Below are positions 1-13,725 of a stretch of DNA of 64,000 nucleotides, one piece after another. Source of the DNA: Eledone cirrhosa (taxonomy: Eukaryota); NCBI GenBank assembly GCA_964016885.1, contig OZ024752.1, positions 21,390,001-21,454,000 on the forward strand, in the 5' to 3' direction. Position 1 is the stretch's first letter. Each line of letters opens with the position of its first letter. Position numbers and translations under genes: made by a program. The notes below the pieces were generated by a model, which was given only the letters and a program-made list of their open reading frames with translations, did no database searches and had not been told where the DNA came from.

Positions 1-746
1 TTATTTATTAAGGTTTAAATACGGTGTTTTTGTCGTATTGAACAGAACAAATCTTGCAGTTTTGCTTTTTGTTACTCGCTGGTAAACATTCATAACCTTC
101 CAGCTAGCTAATTCTATCGTATTCTCCAATTCCTTAAATTCCTTAATTCCATCGTATTCCCAAACAAAAAAAAACAAAATCCTTCCCATTCTTAATTCTA
201 TCGTATCCTCCAATTCCCTAATTCTATCGTATTCTCAAACAAAAAAACAAAAAACAACAAAATCCTTTCCATTCTACTTCTTATAATTTACTTTAAATAT
301 ATATATCATGCTACCTCGAAAGTCAAAAATCCCGCTCATACACCCCTCACCCACCATTTTCTTCACGAGGGGTTGCGGTCAGCCACTCTCTCTCTCTCTC
401 TCTCCCCCCTTCCCACTCTCTCTCTCTCTCTCTTAGCTACACACACACACACACATATATATATAAGATAAATTCCCGTTCATGTTTATTCACTTTCGCC
501 AAACAATTGCTGCTTCAACTACCCCTACTACGGTGTAACCATGTAATCGTAACGTTCACGTTTTTCCTATCTCCTCCACACACCACAATTTCGTACAAAC
601 ATCCAATCCCGCAAAATCCGAAATCTGTATTTTTTGTTATTTATTAAGGTTTAAATACGGTGTTTTTGTCGTATTGAACAGAACAAATCTTGCAGTTTTG
701 CTTTTTGTTACTCGCTGGTAAACATTCATAACCTTCCAGCTAGCTA
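1..746. repeat. 110-bp exact direct repeat (1-110 and 637-746; first copy cut by the window edge)
   Basis: TTATTTATTAAGGTTTAAATACGG...CCAGCTAGCTA occurs twice. Confidence 0.9.
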
Positions 747-3700
747 CCCCACATCCCTCCCACCCGCCCCCACACACCACCATTCTTAATACGTGGACCA
801 ATCATAAGCCAGAGACCCCCCCCACACGCATCACCATTATTACTATAAGCCAGAGACCCCCCCCCCCCACACGCATCACCATTATTATTATTACGCGGAC
901 CAATCATAAGCCAGAGGCCTATACTATCGCTTGCACGGTTGCCTTCGATATATGATGGATGGATGGATGGATGGACGGACTGCGGAATCCTGGAGAGTGG
1001 AGGGGAGAGAAAAATCTGGACGCTCAGAGCGAAAATGCCAATGCTAAAGTCAAATTCACCTCGTGGACGAGAATGCGAGCACTCTTCTTTGTTTCGCCCG
1101 CGGATGGCTAACATAACCCCATCTCCCCCCGCCCCACACCACCCCCACCCTCCAAACGCGATCCAAAACTTCAGAGTTGGTACCATAAATGTAGGCACCC
1201 TAAAGGGGCGCGCTAACGAGGTTGTAGAAATGCTTGAACGTAAGGAGGTCGATGTTTGTTGTATTCAAGAGACCAGGTGGAGGGGTGGGTCTGCTAGATT
1301 CATTGAGGGTAAAAAAACGATGTTATAAGCTTTTCTGGGTGGGAAACGACGATGGGCTGGGTGGAGTAGGAATCATGGTAGCAGAAAAGTGGGCGGATAA
1401 GATAATAGACGTAAATAGAGTGAACGACAGAATAATTAAAATACGACTTGTCCTCAATAGAACTACGGTGACAGTAATATCTGCGTATGCACCCCAATCC
1501 GGACTGCCCGGCACTATAAAAGACAGATTCTATGAGACACTGATGCTCACTACCTCCCAAATATCTGACAGTGACTATATAATTATTGCAGGCGACCTAA
1601 ATGGTCACGTTGGGCAACATTGTGACGGCTACGACGAAATCCATGGAGGCTATGGGTTTGGTACTAGAAATGAGGAAGGCTCCAGAATCCTGGAATTCTG
1701 TGATGCAAATAACCTAACTATCTGTAACACTAACTTCAAAAAACGTGACAATCACCTGATCACCTATAGATCCGGGGAACACACAAGCCAGGTAGATTAT
1801 ATCCTTACCAGAAGACGTGACAGAGTGTCTGTTGTAAACACTAAATCCCTCCCCCATGAAGAATGCACCTCCCAACATAGACTGATAATTAGCGACCTCA
1901 TAGTCAGGTCGAGACGTACTCGACAGCAGAAGAGGACTATCCTCAGGAGAAAAATATGGAAGCTAAAGGACCCCACAGCCAAAAATAAATTTCAAAACAT
2001 ATTACTTGATGCTTTCGACAGTAAGGAAGAACACTTAGAGTCGGACAATATAGAGGGACAGTGGGAATTTCTGAAAGCAAACCTGCTGTTGGCCACAGAC
2101 GAAGTCTGTGGCTGGAGCAGGCCTGTAGGCAGGAGGAGAGTAACATGGTGGTGGAACAGTAAGGTGGAGGAGTCAATTAAGGCCAAAAAGCAGGCTTGGA
2201 AAGTATGGCGGGATGGGGGAAGTAGAGTAGACTATCAAGTGGCCAGGAGGGAAGCTAGGAGAGAAGTGTACTTAGCAAGAAGGGAAGCTGAGGAAAGAAA
2301 GTTCAAGCATGTCCTACAACGCGATGACCAAAAACGTGAGGTGTTCAGGATTGCTAGGCAATGCGTCAAGGAAAACCGTGATATTGTCGGGGAGAAGTGT
2401 GTACTTAACGATGATGGCATACTTGCCATCACCGACACTGATAAGAAGGCAGCTTGGAAGTGTCACTATGAAAGGCTACTAAATGAGGAGAATAAATGGG
2501 AGAAAGACAGTCTCCCCCATGTCGACCCAATAGAGGGACCAGCAGTGTTAGTCGAGGGGAGTATAATAAGTAAGGCAATCAAGGATATGAAGACAGGTAA
2601 GGCGGCTGGGCCTTCGGAAATAGTTGCTGAGATGCTGAAGGCATCTGGCACGGTGGGACACACCATGGTCACCCGCATAGTTAACCAAGTCGCACAGAAT
2701 GGGGTTGTTCCGAAGGACTGGCATAGCAGCATCATCGTTAACTGTTATAAGGGTAAAGGAGACGCCCTAGATAGGAGTAACTATAGAGGCATTAAATTAA
2801 TCGACCAGGTCATGAAGGTCACAGAAAAAGTAATAGCGCAACTAATCAGAGAGAGAATTGACCTAGATGAAATGCAGTTCGGGTTTGTGTCAGGCAAAAG
2901 TACCACAGACGCTCTTTTCATAGTACGACAACTACAGGAGAAGTACCTAGCTAAAGGTAAACCCCTCTACTTAGCTTTTGTCGACTTGGAGAAAGCCTTC
3001 GACAGAGTCCCCCGCTCCATTATCTGGTGGGCTCTTAGAAAACTAGGCGTTGACGAATGGCTTGTGAGGGCTATACAAGCCATGTATAAAGAAACAGTCA
3101 GCAAGGTTAGAATTAACAACGAATATAGTGAAGAGTTTAGCGTAAAAGTTGGCGTCCATCAGGGCTCTGTTCTCAGCCCCCTACTATTTATTATTGCCCT
3201 TCAGGCTATAACAGAGGAGTTCAAGACAGGCTGCCCATGGGAACTCCTATACGCAGACGACCTGACACTCATAGCGGAATCAATGGCCGAGCTAGAGAAG
3301 AAATTCCAAACATGGAAGCACGGCCTAGAGTCAAAAGGACTTAAAATTAACCTGGCTAAGACCAAAGTTCTAGTTTGTAGGAAAGAAAACAAGGCGGCGG
3401 TCCCTTCTGGGAAATGGTCGTGCTCGGTGTGTAGGAAAGGCGTAGGTAGAAACTCCATTTTGTGTCCTAAATGCAAAGTATGGGTGCATAAAAGATGTAG
3501 TGGGATCACAGGTAAGCTAACTAAGAACATAGATTTTACATGTGGCCGGTGTTCTGGTGCAATAAGTAGCAGCAAGTGCCCACACAATACTAGCTCTTTC
3601 AATTGCGCAGAGGGTTCTATAGAAATAGTGGACAGCTTCCGTTACCTGGGCGATAAAATCAGCAGTGGGGGAGGGTGCTCTGAAAGTACTGTAGCTAGAG

Positions 3701-4580
3701 TCAGAACTGGTTGGAAAAAGTTCAGAGAGCTTATACCACTATTAGCTGCTAAAGGGTTCTCCCTAAAAATGAAAGGCAGGTTGTACGATGCCTGCATACG
3801 AACAGCAATGTTGCATGGCAGTGAGACCTGGGCATTGTGTGCAGAGGATATACGCAGACTAGAGAGGAACGAAGCTTGCATGCTCCGCTGGATGTGTAAC
3901 AGTAATATACGTGAACGGCAAAGCATAAACGAACTAAGGAAAAAATTAGAGATAAGAGGGATCAGATGTTGTTTACTCGAGAGAAGGCTACGTTGGTATG
4001 GACACGTGATGCGCATGAAAGTCGATAGCTGTATAACAAAGTGCAGGGCAATAAAGATAGACGGTAGCCACGGAATAGGCAGACCTAGAAAAACCTGGGA
4101 CGAGCTGATAAACTCCGACCTCACACACTTACACCTCTCCAAGACAATGTCACTGGACCGAGACCTTTGGCGGTACTCAGTAACAGAGAAGACCCGCCTT
4201 GCCAGTAGGCATCTCTAACAAAATACACCCCGTCCCACCACCACCACCCCCACCCCATCCACACCACCCCGTCCTATGTAAAGTTATGTTGGTGCCGCGC
4301 CATCCGGGCCGAAACAAATGAGATCGTGTAGGTGTCACGACAAAAAAACACACAGTCCACGCTGTAATGTGGCCGTGTAGGCAACACGGTAAAAACCTCC
4401 CAGACCCACACTGTAAATGTGGTTGGTGTTAGGAAGGGCATCCAACTGTAGAAAACCTGCCAGACAGTCCTATGCGAGCAAGACAATCACTCTTGCCTCA
4501 AGTGGGACTACCCCCGTCCAAACCCATGCAAGCGTGGAACACGGACGTTAAACGTTGATGATGATGATGATGATGATGAT
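637..4580 (+). mobile_element. RTE-clade LINE, family A, near full length (5' boundary uncertain)
   Basis: APE endonuclease (GTINVGTL, IQETRW, SAYAPQ, GDLNGHVG, SQHR), RT (QFGF, FVDLEKAFDRV, GVHQGSVLSP, YADD), RTE C-terminus (RRLRWYGHV..GRPRKTW), 3'UTR ending in (GAT)n. Confidence 0.95.
939..4218 (+). pseudogene. RTE ORF (APE-RT-PHD finger) split by one extra A in the run at 1311-1317
   Basis: ORFs 939-1328 and 1234-4218 join as ..RFIEGKK/RCYKLFW when compared with GKSQCYKFFW in the intact 41561 copy. Confidence 0.9.
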
Positions 4581-5106
<526 letters not shown>

Positions 5107-6781
5107 ACGTGGGAAAGTAAAAAATCGGAGAATAGACCGTTAAAACATGTTTATTTAAAACAGCACCTACGTACGTTTCGCCCAGTTGGGCTTCTCAAGG
5201 GCATAAATAATCAAAAGTGTTCCTTATATTGCTCGGAAAGAGTTTTGGGGGTTAAATCCACATTAAAGTTCATTGCTCGCAAAAATAGCTTGTTTTGATT
5301 TTGCAGCAGGTCAAGGGAGGTAACTCTGGCCGGTGTTAGGGCAGTCTTTCCCGGACAATTTTATTTATTTATTTTTTTTTTTGTAGTATCTGTTTGTCTG
5401 AGGCTGGGTCTGGTATGCAAGGATTGTTTCCTGGGTGTTATTTTGCAGCGCCTGCCCGCCGGGGTGTTAAGACTTGTTGCAGGGAGATCCGGTGTACAGT
5501 TTCACTCCTCATCCTTAACCCATCTGAAGAAGGATATTTTTAAGCGATGTGTACAACTTATCGCTATTTCAGCTCTGCTGTTGATGAGCTCGTGGGGTGC
5601 AGTTATGATGTGGTAGAGCTCCATGAGGCAAAGATCGCATTTCCTCTTGAAGTTGTACGGTGCAGCCCTACCGACAATCTCCCAGTGCGTGGAGAAGCTG
5701 ATGTTTAAGTCCTTTAGTGATGTGATGTAGTCCGCGAGCGAAGTGGAGTGCCTTAGTTTTCTATTTGTGAAAGAGTGGAGATGTGTTCGAAACCTAATGT
5801 TGAACGGGCCGGAGGTAGCCCCTATATAATGTTTAACGCTATTGTGGCTAGTAATAGTGCATCTATATATAACCCTATCAGTCAAGCAGTATCCTCTAAG
5901 GGGGCAGCGTCCTCTGTCGCGGCAGTTGCAATTTCTGTCGCGGTTCTCTCTATTTCCCATGGTAAGGCTATCATTGTTGCTGCCTACGTTATTACCTACG
6001 CTACCGCAGCTGTCGTTAGCACAATTACAACCCACATCACGCGGGGTGGTGCGATTGTTATTCCACACGTCATGTCCTGCATGTTCCCCAGTCATTTCGC
6101 GGTTATGCTGGTTGCGTCTGCGGATGCCGTTGTCAACACTATTGGATGCTGCCAGGGAGTTGTTAAGGCCGATATAGTTATTGTCAGGTGTAGGTGCGTC
6201 TGTGTCGAGGTGCTGTGTCTTGGTGATCTTACTGTGGTTCGTTGTTCCTATGATGTCTGCTAGGTTAGGAGTAGTAGAGAAGGATATTTTTATATTGTTC
6301 CTATTAAAAAAATGTTCCATATCTATGGTTGGGCGGGAAGTTCTTCTCTAAGGCTTCGAAGAACATCGGGGTATGTTGGAGGCCACACTCCAAGAGTAGG
6401 GTGGGGGGGTGGGGGTGGAACCATAGGACGTTACGGTGGCGATTACGTGTCCTTGTACTTTTGCTACGAGTGGTTCCATCTAGGTGACCGCTCTTATGTG
6501 TGTTAATGCGCAGTCGCCCGTTCGGTGCCCCTTTCACTTTATGCTCGGGTGCACTCTTCCGACCTCTTCCATGTTACTCGAACTATTCCCCTATTACAAA
6601 ACCAACAAAGGCGACGGCCTACTACCAACGCTTTCCAACCAACATCTTCGTGTACATAAACATGGAAGAGGTAGGAAGAGTGCACCCGAGCATAAAGTGA
6701 AAGGGGCACCGAACGGGCGACTGCGCATTAACACACATAAGAGCGGTCACCTAGATGGAACCACCCATAGCAAAAGTACAA
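5107..6781 (-). mobile_element. Penelope-like element, 5'-truncated with 5' inversion (GIY-YIG ORF 5502-6320)
   Basis: CNCR..CPLRGYCL..VIYRC..YIGAT..RF..H..KCDLCLME..INSRAE GIY-YIG domain. Hammerhead motif and AATAAA lie downstream; inverted duplication 6453-6575 / 6659-6781. Confidence 0.85.
5163..5204 (-). ncRNA. Minimal type I hammerhead-like motif (variant core CUUGAGA)
   Basis: ugcc-CUUGAGA-A-GCCCA-ac-UGGGC-GAAAC-GUAC-GUA-ggug, followed by AAUAAA, in the PLE 3' end. Confidence 0.6.
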
Positions 6782-7496
6782 TTTATTATCCTAATGTACA
6801 TTAGGATAATAAATTTAGTTATAGAAATCAGCTAGTTACCTCCCCTTACGCATTAACTCCCCTTAATCACACATACACTTCCGGAAAATAATACGATGTC
6901 AATTCTCGCAACGAAAACAACCTGCTCTATAGTATTGGATTAGAGAACAACAAGATGTGGTGTTCTAACATGGTTCATCAAGCATCCAATGTTGAATCAT
7001 CGTCGATTGTGTGAGGCACATATAATCTATAGATTGCGTTTCCTGGATTGTGAAAATTGTGGTGTATGCGAGGACCGTGGCGTTGTTTTGCTTCTCATTT
7101 TTAATATTTTAATATTTTTGATATTTCTCTACACAGAGACTTCTATATCATACATATATAAAAAATACTTTACCAATACAACCCCCATAATACTCTTGAT
7201 TGCCCGCTTAAACTGCTTGTATTACATATAACACCCTGCCGCACTATAATCTTATATAAATAAGACCCACGTGTAACTATTGCATACACTAACTACTTCA
7301 AACTATCCTCTTGCTTTATCTTCGTAAACTGCCAATGTTAATTTTGTCCTTTAATATGACTTTAATCTTTGTATGTAAATTGCCATGCTATATTATTATA
7401 ATGGATGTCAACCCACTGTGCATCAATATATACATATGTTTCTATATGTCTCTTGTGTTGGAAAGGAGGTCAAGTATGTAAAAAATCATTGAAAAA

Positions 7497-7545
7497 TTGC
7501 TCCGAAGACTCCAAACCTCGGTTTGGAAGAAACAATTGTAAGCGA
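7497..7545 (+). ncRNA. Minimal type I hammerhead motif (core variant CCGAAGA)
   Basis: uugcu-CCGAAGA-C-UCCAAAC-cucg-GUUUGGA-A-GAAAC-AAUU-GUA-agcga. Stem I pairs, stem III is palindromic, AAUAAA follows. Confidence 0.7.
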
Positions 7546-8473
7546 ATAAATGGTTTAAACAGAACTTTGATTCATGTAATTTCTATATAACTGCTCTGTA
7601 GAACAACTGATGTTGTTACATTGAGCTATTTATCTTACTGGTAATAAGGTAGTAATAAATTACTGTCTTTCACTATTTAGGGTTTAAAATATATATAACT
7701 ATAAAAGGTTTTAATATATACATAACCATAAATAGTATCCTTAATACTATATATATATATCATATATATCATTATATATATATATATCATATATATCATT
7801 ATATATATATATATATATATATATCATATATATCATTATATATATATATATATGTTTGACACACAAACAAAATGGCGTAGGATAGAAGAAAGGAAAGGCA
7901 CAGAAACGAAGAAAGAAATCCCCAGTCACTGAAGAGGTCACAGAGTGTGTGACGAAAGAACTATGACTATATATATATAAACAACTATCTGGTTGTGGAA
8001 CCAACCAACCAACCAGAAATTTATAAATTTGTAAATTTATAAATATATATTAAACTAAATTGAAGTGAAAGCAACTGGTGCGTGTGTTTCTTATTGGCAA
8101 CATGACCCTCCCAAAGTATAACAATATCGGTTTCAACACACGATTTCAGATAAAGAATCTTGCTAAACAAATTCAGAAACGAAATATATATATATCATTA
8201 TATATATATATATATATCATATATATCATTATATATATATATATATAACGGAAGAAATGTGGTAAGGAACCAGGTGGACCATAACGCACCAAAGTACTCA
8301 ATACTTAGGGTAGTTGAGTGGGTAATAGGAACGAGTAGGACCCCGACGGCTGAGCTCAAGCCGTTTCGACGGCTAATTCTGGACTAAATGAGTTAGTCCA
8401 GATGGCTTCCAAAATAAATGGTTGCATTTTAAAAGGGTACGTCAAAGCTTATTTGTAAAACTGTTATATGTTG

Positions 8474-8538
8474 TATTTTGTCTGATGAAGGCATACCATA
8501 ATTTAATTTGGTATCCCTGAAATATGTATAATGAAATA
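8474..8538 (+). ncRNA. Minimal type I hammerhead ribozyme
   Basis: uauuuugu-CUGAUGA-AGGcAUACCA..UGGUAUcCCU-GAAAU-AUGU-AUA-augaaaua; AAUAAA overlaps the 3' end. Confidence 0.7.
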
Positions 8539-8666
8539 AATATGGTTTTATAAATATAGTTTCTATTTATTAATATCGTATATCTACTCCAAATACTTGT
8601 CGAGTGCTTTATATCAGTTATAAAAATATTTACTTGTTGTATCCCAACAATTTTAAATAGAACTTT

Positions 8667-8707
<41 letters not shown>

Positions 8708-8879
8708 TTATACTTGGGGAGGGTCATATTTGTGAAATATTGCCAGAATTAATAACAGAACACACTCACTGTTTTGTTGGTTTTCGCTTCTGTGTCTTTT
8801 ATATCGGTAACCTAATTTACTCGGTCCTCAATGTTGCCATTGACTGACCGACGGTCGAAAATATAACACAGATACAATA

Positions 8880-9950
8880 TAGACACAAACACATATATAT
8901 AGTTTATCATAAATCTTTCGTTGCACATCTGCAACATCGTCAGTGGTGCTATTGTTGTTTCCTCCTGTTGAATTGTATGGCTACGCCATTTTTATTCAGT
9001 CTGTCTTTATTATTTATTTGCTTGTTTGTTTATTTTATTTTGTCTTCTTTGCGCATGCGTTCGCGTGTGTTTATAGTGTTTTGTTTGATGTGTGATGTGT
9101 GTTCGTGATTGGGTGACTAATGTGTGTTTATGTGTTTGTTGTTATTGTGCTTGTGTATGTATTTATTTATTTATTTATTTAATTTAATTTTATTTACTTA
9201 TTTATACTTCTCTTAGGTCAGTGTTGTTTGTTTGGGTGTTGTTGTTATTCCATTCATTCTTTCTGTTTAGTCTTGGTCTTCTAAGTTCTATTTCACTGGC
9301 CTCTCTGATTTGCCTATCTGCTGGGTCATTTCTATGTTTAGATATTATTCTAATTTCTATGTTGTCTATGTTACCGTCATGTTGTCTGGCATGTTCGTAT
9401 AGTACTGACCCGTTTTTTCGTCCTTTTAGTTCCCCCCAGTGTTGGTCTATCCTTTCACCTATGCTACGAGCTGTCTCACCTATGTATATTGTTGTCATGT
9501 TTCTGCAGGTACCCTCTGTACATCTCATGCTATAGACCACGTTTCTAGTCTTACAGTTTATCCGGGGGTTTACCTTACATATGATACATTTCCTATTGGT
9601 ACAGTGGGTTTTCTTAAAAGGGTAGGTTTTGCTGATCAGGGATTTTATGGTGGTTCCTGGCTTTTCTACCACCTTAATTTTTAAGTGGGTCTTTCTCAGG
9701 GCCTTTCTACACTTGTTAGCTAATTTCCCTCCAGGGGTAGCGTCCACAAACATGACACTCTGGTATCTCTGGTTGTCGTACCATGAGGTGGCTTTCCCTA
9801 TCTTATGTCTAGCCCTATCTTATGTCTAGCCCTATCCATGATTTGCTCCTGTATAATGGGCAAATTCCTTTCATGTCCAGTTCTATGAGGGTCTTATACT
9901 TCTCCATGGCTCCTTCGTATACTCTGACTCTGTCTCTTTGGTTGTAGCCA
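8880..9950 (-). mobile_element. Penelope-like element 3' fragment (GIY-YIG ORF 9202-9753; Naiad-like by motif recall)
   Basis: FVDATPGGKL..KVVEKPG..C....C..C..CKTRNVVY..YIGETARSIGERI.QH..EH...H..RQIREA..LNRKNEW; hammerhead downstream. Confidence 0.85.
8906..8948 (-). ncRNA. Minimal hammerhead motif in PLE pseudo-LTR
   Basis: CUGACGA-U-GUUGCA-gaug-UGCAAC-GAAAGAUUUA; stem I is weak. Confidence 0.6.
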
Positions 9951-10047
9951 GACACACGATTTCATATAAAAAACTTCGCAAAACTATATATATATCATTA
10001 TATTTATATATATATATGTATATATATTATTATATATATATATATAT

Positions 10048-12555
10048 GAGGAGAGTAACATGGTGGTGGAACAGTAAGGTGGAGGGGTCAATCAAGGCCA
10101 AAAAGCAGGCTTGGAAAGCATGGCGGGATGGGGGAAGTAGAGAAGACTATCAAGTGGCCAGGAGGGAAGCTAGGAGACAAGTGTACTTCGCAAGAAGGGA
10201 AGCAGAGGAAAGAAAGTTCAAGCATGTTCTACAACGCGAGGACCAAAAACGTGAGGTGTTCAGGATTGCTAGGCAATGTGTCAAGGAAAACCGTGATATT
10301 GTCGGGGAGAAGTGTGTACTTAACGATGATGGCGTACTTGTCATCACTGACGCTGATAAGAAGGTAGCTTGGAAGTGTCACTACGAAAGGCTACTAAATG
10401 AGGAGAATAAATGGGAGAAAGACAGTCTCCCCCACATCGACCCAATAGAGGGACCAGCAGTGTTAGTCGAAGGTAGTATAATAAGTAAGGCAATCAAAGA
10501 TATGAAGACGGGTAAGGCGGCTGGGCCTTCGGAAATAGTTGCTGAGATGCTGAAAGCCTCTGGAACGGTGGGACACACCATGGTCACCCGGATAGTAAAC
10601 CAAATCATACAGAATGGGGTTGTTCTGAAGGACTGGTGTAGCAGCATCATCGTTAACTGTTACAAGGGTAAAGGAGACGCCCTAGATAGGAGTAACTATA
10701 GAGGCATTAAATTAATCGACCAGGTCATGAAGGTCACAGAAAAAGTAATAGCGCAACTAATCAGAGAGAGAATTGATCTAGATGAAATGCAGTTCGGGTT
10801 TGTGTCAAGCAAAAGTACCACAGACGCTCTTTTCATTGTACGACAACTACAAAAGTACCTAGCTAAAAGTAAACCCCTATACTTAGCTTTTGTCAACTTG
10901 GAGAAAGCCTTCGACAGAGTCCCCCGTTCCATTATCTGGTGGGCTCTTAGAAAACTAGGTGTTGACGAATGGCTTCTGAGAGCTATACAAGCCATGTATA
11001 AAGAAACAGTCAGCAAGGTTAGAATTAACAACGAATATAGTGAAGAGTTTAGCATAAAAGTTGGTGTCCATCAGGGCTCTGTTCTTAGCCCCCTACTATT
11101 TATTATTGCCCTTCAGGCTATAACAGAGGAGTTCAAGACTGGCTGCCCATGGGAACTCCTATACGCAGATGATATAACGCTCATAGCTGAATCAATGGCC
11201 GAGCTAGAGAAGAAATTCCAAACATGGAAGCACGGCCTAGAATCAAAAGGCCTCAAAATTAACCTGGCTAAGACTAAAGTTCTAGTTTGTAGAAAAGAAA
11301 ATAAGGCGGCGATCCCTTCCGGGAAATGGCCATGCTCAGTGTGTAGGAAAGGCGTAGGTAGAAACTCCATTTTATGTCCCAAATGCAAAGTATGGGTGCA
11401 TAAAAGATGTAGTGGGATCACAGGTAAGCTAACTAAGAACACAGATTTTACATGTGGCCGGTGCTCTGGTGCAATAATTAGCAGCAAGTGCTCACAAAAT
11501 ACTAGCTCTTTCAATTGCGCATAGGGTTCTATAGAAATAGTGGACAGCTTCCGTTACCTGGGTGACAAAATCAGCAGTGGGGGAGGGTGCTCCGAAAGTA
11601 CAGTAGCTAGAGTCAGAACTGGATGGAAAAAGTTCAGAGAGCTTATACCACTATTAGCCGCTAAAGGGTTCTCCCTAAAAATGAAAGGCAGGTTGTATGA
11701 TGCCTGCATACGAACAGCAATGTTGCATGGCAGTGAGACCTGGGCATTGTGTGCAGAGGATATACGCTGGATGTGTAATAGTAATATACGTGAACGGCAA
11801 AGCATAAACGAACTAAGGAAAAAATTAGAAATAAGAGGGATCAGATGTTGTTTACTCGAGAGAAGGCTACGTTGGTATGGTCACGTGATGCGCATGAAAG
11901 ACGACAGCTGTATAACAAAGTGCAGGGCAATAAAGATAGATGGTAGCCACGGAGTAGGCAGACCCAGAAAAACTTGGGACGAGCTGATAAATTCCGACCT
12001 CACACACTTACACCTCTTCAAGACCTTTGGCGGTACTCAGTAATAGAGAAGACCTGCCTTACCTAAATACAAAGTAAAACCTACTACAGTCAGTAGGCAT
12101 CTCTAACAAAATACACCCCCATCCCACCACCCCCACCCGCCCCTTTCAATGTAAAGTTATGTTGGTGCCACAACATCCAGGCCGAAACAAATGAGATCGT
12201 GTAGGTGTCACGACAAAAAACACACAGTCCACGTTGTAATGTGGCCGTGTAGGCAACACGGTAAAAACCTCCCAGTCCCACACTGTAAATGTGGTTGGTG
12301 TTAGGAAGGGCATCCAGCTGTAGAAAACCCGCCAGACAGTCCACGCTGTAATGTGGCCGTGTAGGCAACACGGTAAAAACCTCCCAGCCCCACACTGTAA
12401 ATGTGGTTGGTGTTAGGAAGGGCATCCAGCTGTAGAAAACCCGCCAGACAGTCCTATGCGAGCAAGACAACCACTCTTGCCTCAAGTGGGAAAACTCCCG
12501 TCCAAACCCATGCAAGCGTGGAACATGGACGTTAAATGATGATGATGATGATGAT
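10048..12555 (+). mobile_element. RTE family A, 5'-truncated decayed copy inserted in (TA)n
   Basis: Close to the 939-4580 copy from RRVTWWW onward. Premature stop at 11522-11524, small deletions, 112-bp tandem duplication in the 3'UTR (12225-12448), (GAT)n tail. Confidence 0.95.
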
Positions 12556-12857
12556 ATATATATCATTATATATATATATATAAAAATACAAATAAATTAT
12601 CGAGAATTGGAACTTCGGCCCACGAAATGACGAAACACAATCTTCGAAATGTGTGGCAAAGTGCTCAAAAGTTTGGATAAACCAGTGCTATAACTAACGT
12701 TTAATACCAACACACTGAGACGATGCTTAAACAATCATTCGCACAGCTGAAAACACGACCAAGAAAATTCGGGTCAGACAAATATAAATATATATGAATG
12801 AAAAATTTACGCGGACCCCCTGGAAAGATAGTAAATTCCAGCATTTGGGATATATAT

Positions 12858-13708
12858 ATCATCATCATCATCATCATCGTTTAACGTCCGTGTTCCACGC
12901 TTGCATGGGTTTGGACGGGGGTTTTCCCACTTGAGGCAAGAGTGGTTATCTTGCTCGCATAGGACTATCTGGCGGGTTTTCTACAGCTGGATGCCCTTCC
13001 TAACACCAACCACATTTACAGTGTGGGGCTGGGAGGTTTTTACCATGTTGCCTACACGGCCACATTACAGCGTGAACTGTGTGTTTTTTGACGTGACACC
13101 TACACAATCTCATTTGTTTCGGCCTGGATGTTGTGGCACCAACATAACTTTACATTGAAAGGGGCAGTGTTGATGGGGTGGGGGTGGTTGGACGGGGGTG
13201 AATTTTGTTAGAGATGCCTACTGACTGTAGTAGGTTTTACTTTGTATTTAGGTAAGGCGGGTCTTCTCTATTACTGAGTACCGCCAAAGGTCTCGGTCCA
13301 GTGACATTGTCTTGGTGAGGTGTAAGTGTGTGAGGTCGGAATTTATCAGCTCGTCCCAGGTTTTTCTGGGTCTGCCTATTCCGTGGCTACCATCTATCTT
13401 TATGGCCCTGCACTTTGTTATACAGCTATCGACTTTCATGCGCATCACGTGTCCATACCAACGTAGCCTTCTCTTGAGTAAACAACATCTGATCCCTCTT
13501 ATTTCTAATTTTTTCCTTAGTTCGTTTATGCTTTGCCGTTCACGTATATTACTATTACACATCGAGTGGAGCATGCAAGCTTCGTTTCTGCGCACAATGC
13601 CCAGGTCTCAGTGCCATGCAACATTGCTGTTCGTATGCAGGCATTGTACAACCTGCCTTTCATTTTTAGGGAGAACCCTTTAGCGGCTAATAGCGGTATA
13701 AGCTCTCT
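12858..13708 (-). mobile_element. RTE family A 3' fragment, inverted relative to the upstream copy
   Basis: RELIPLLAAKG..RRLRWYGHV..GRPRKTW plus 3'UTR; tail reads (ATC)n on +. Confidence 0.95.
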
Positions 13709-13725
13709 TATCATTATATATATAT

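Noticed and set aside
1311-1317. Programmed frameshift in RTE family A
   Set aside because: The homologous family B ORF is continuous here; one extra A in a homopolymer is more likely a mutation or sequencing error.
1300-4142. Minus-strand ORFs overlapping RTE ORFs (also 42001-44550)
   Set aside because: Antisense shadows of the LINE coding frame with no recognisable domains.
9202-9753. Selenocysteine recoding as described for some Naiad PLEs
   Set aside because: The GIY-YIG frame is open with ordinary Cys codons; no in-frame TGA and no SECIS recognised.
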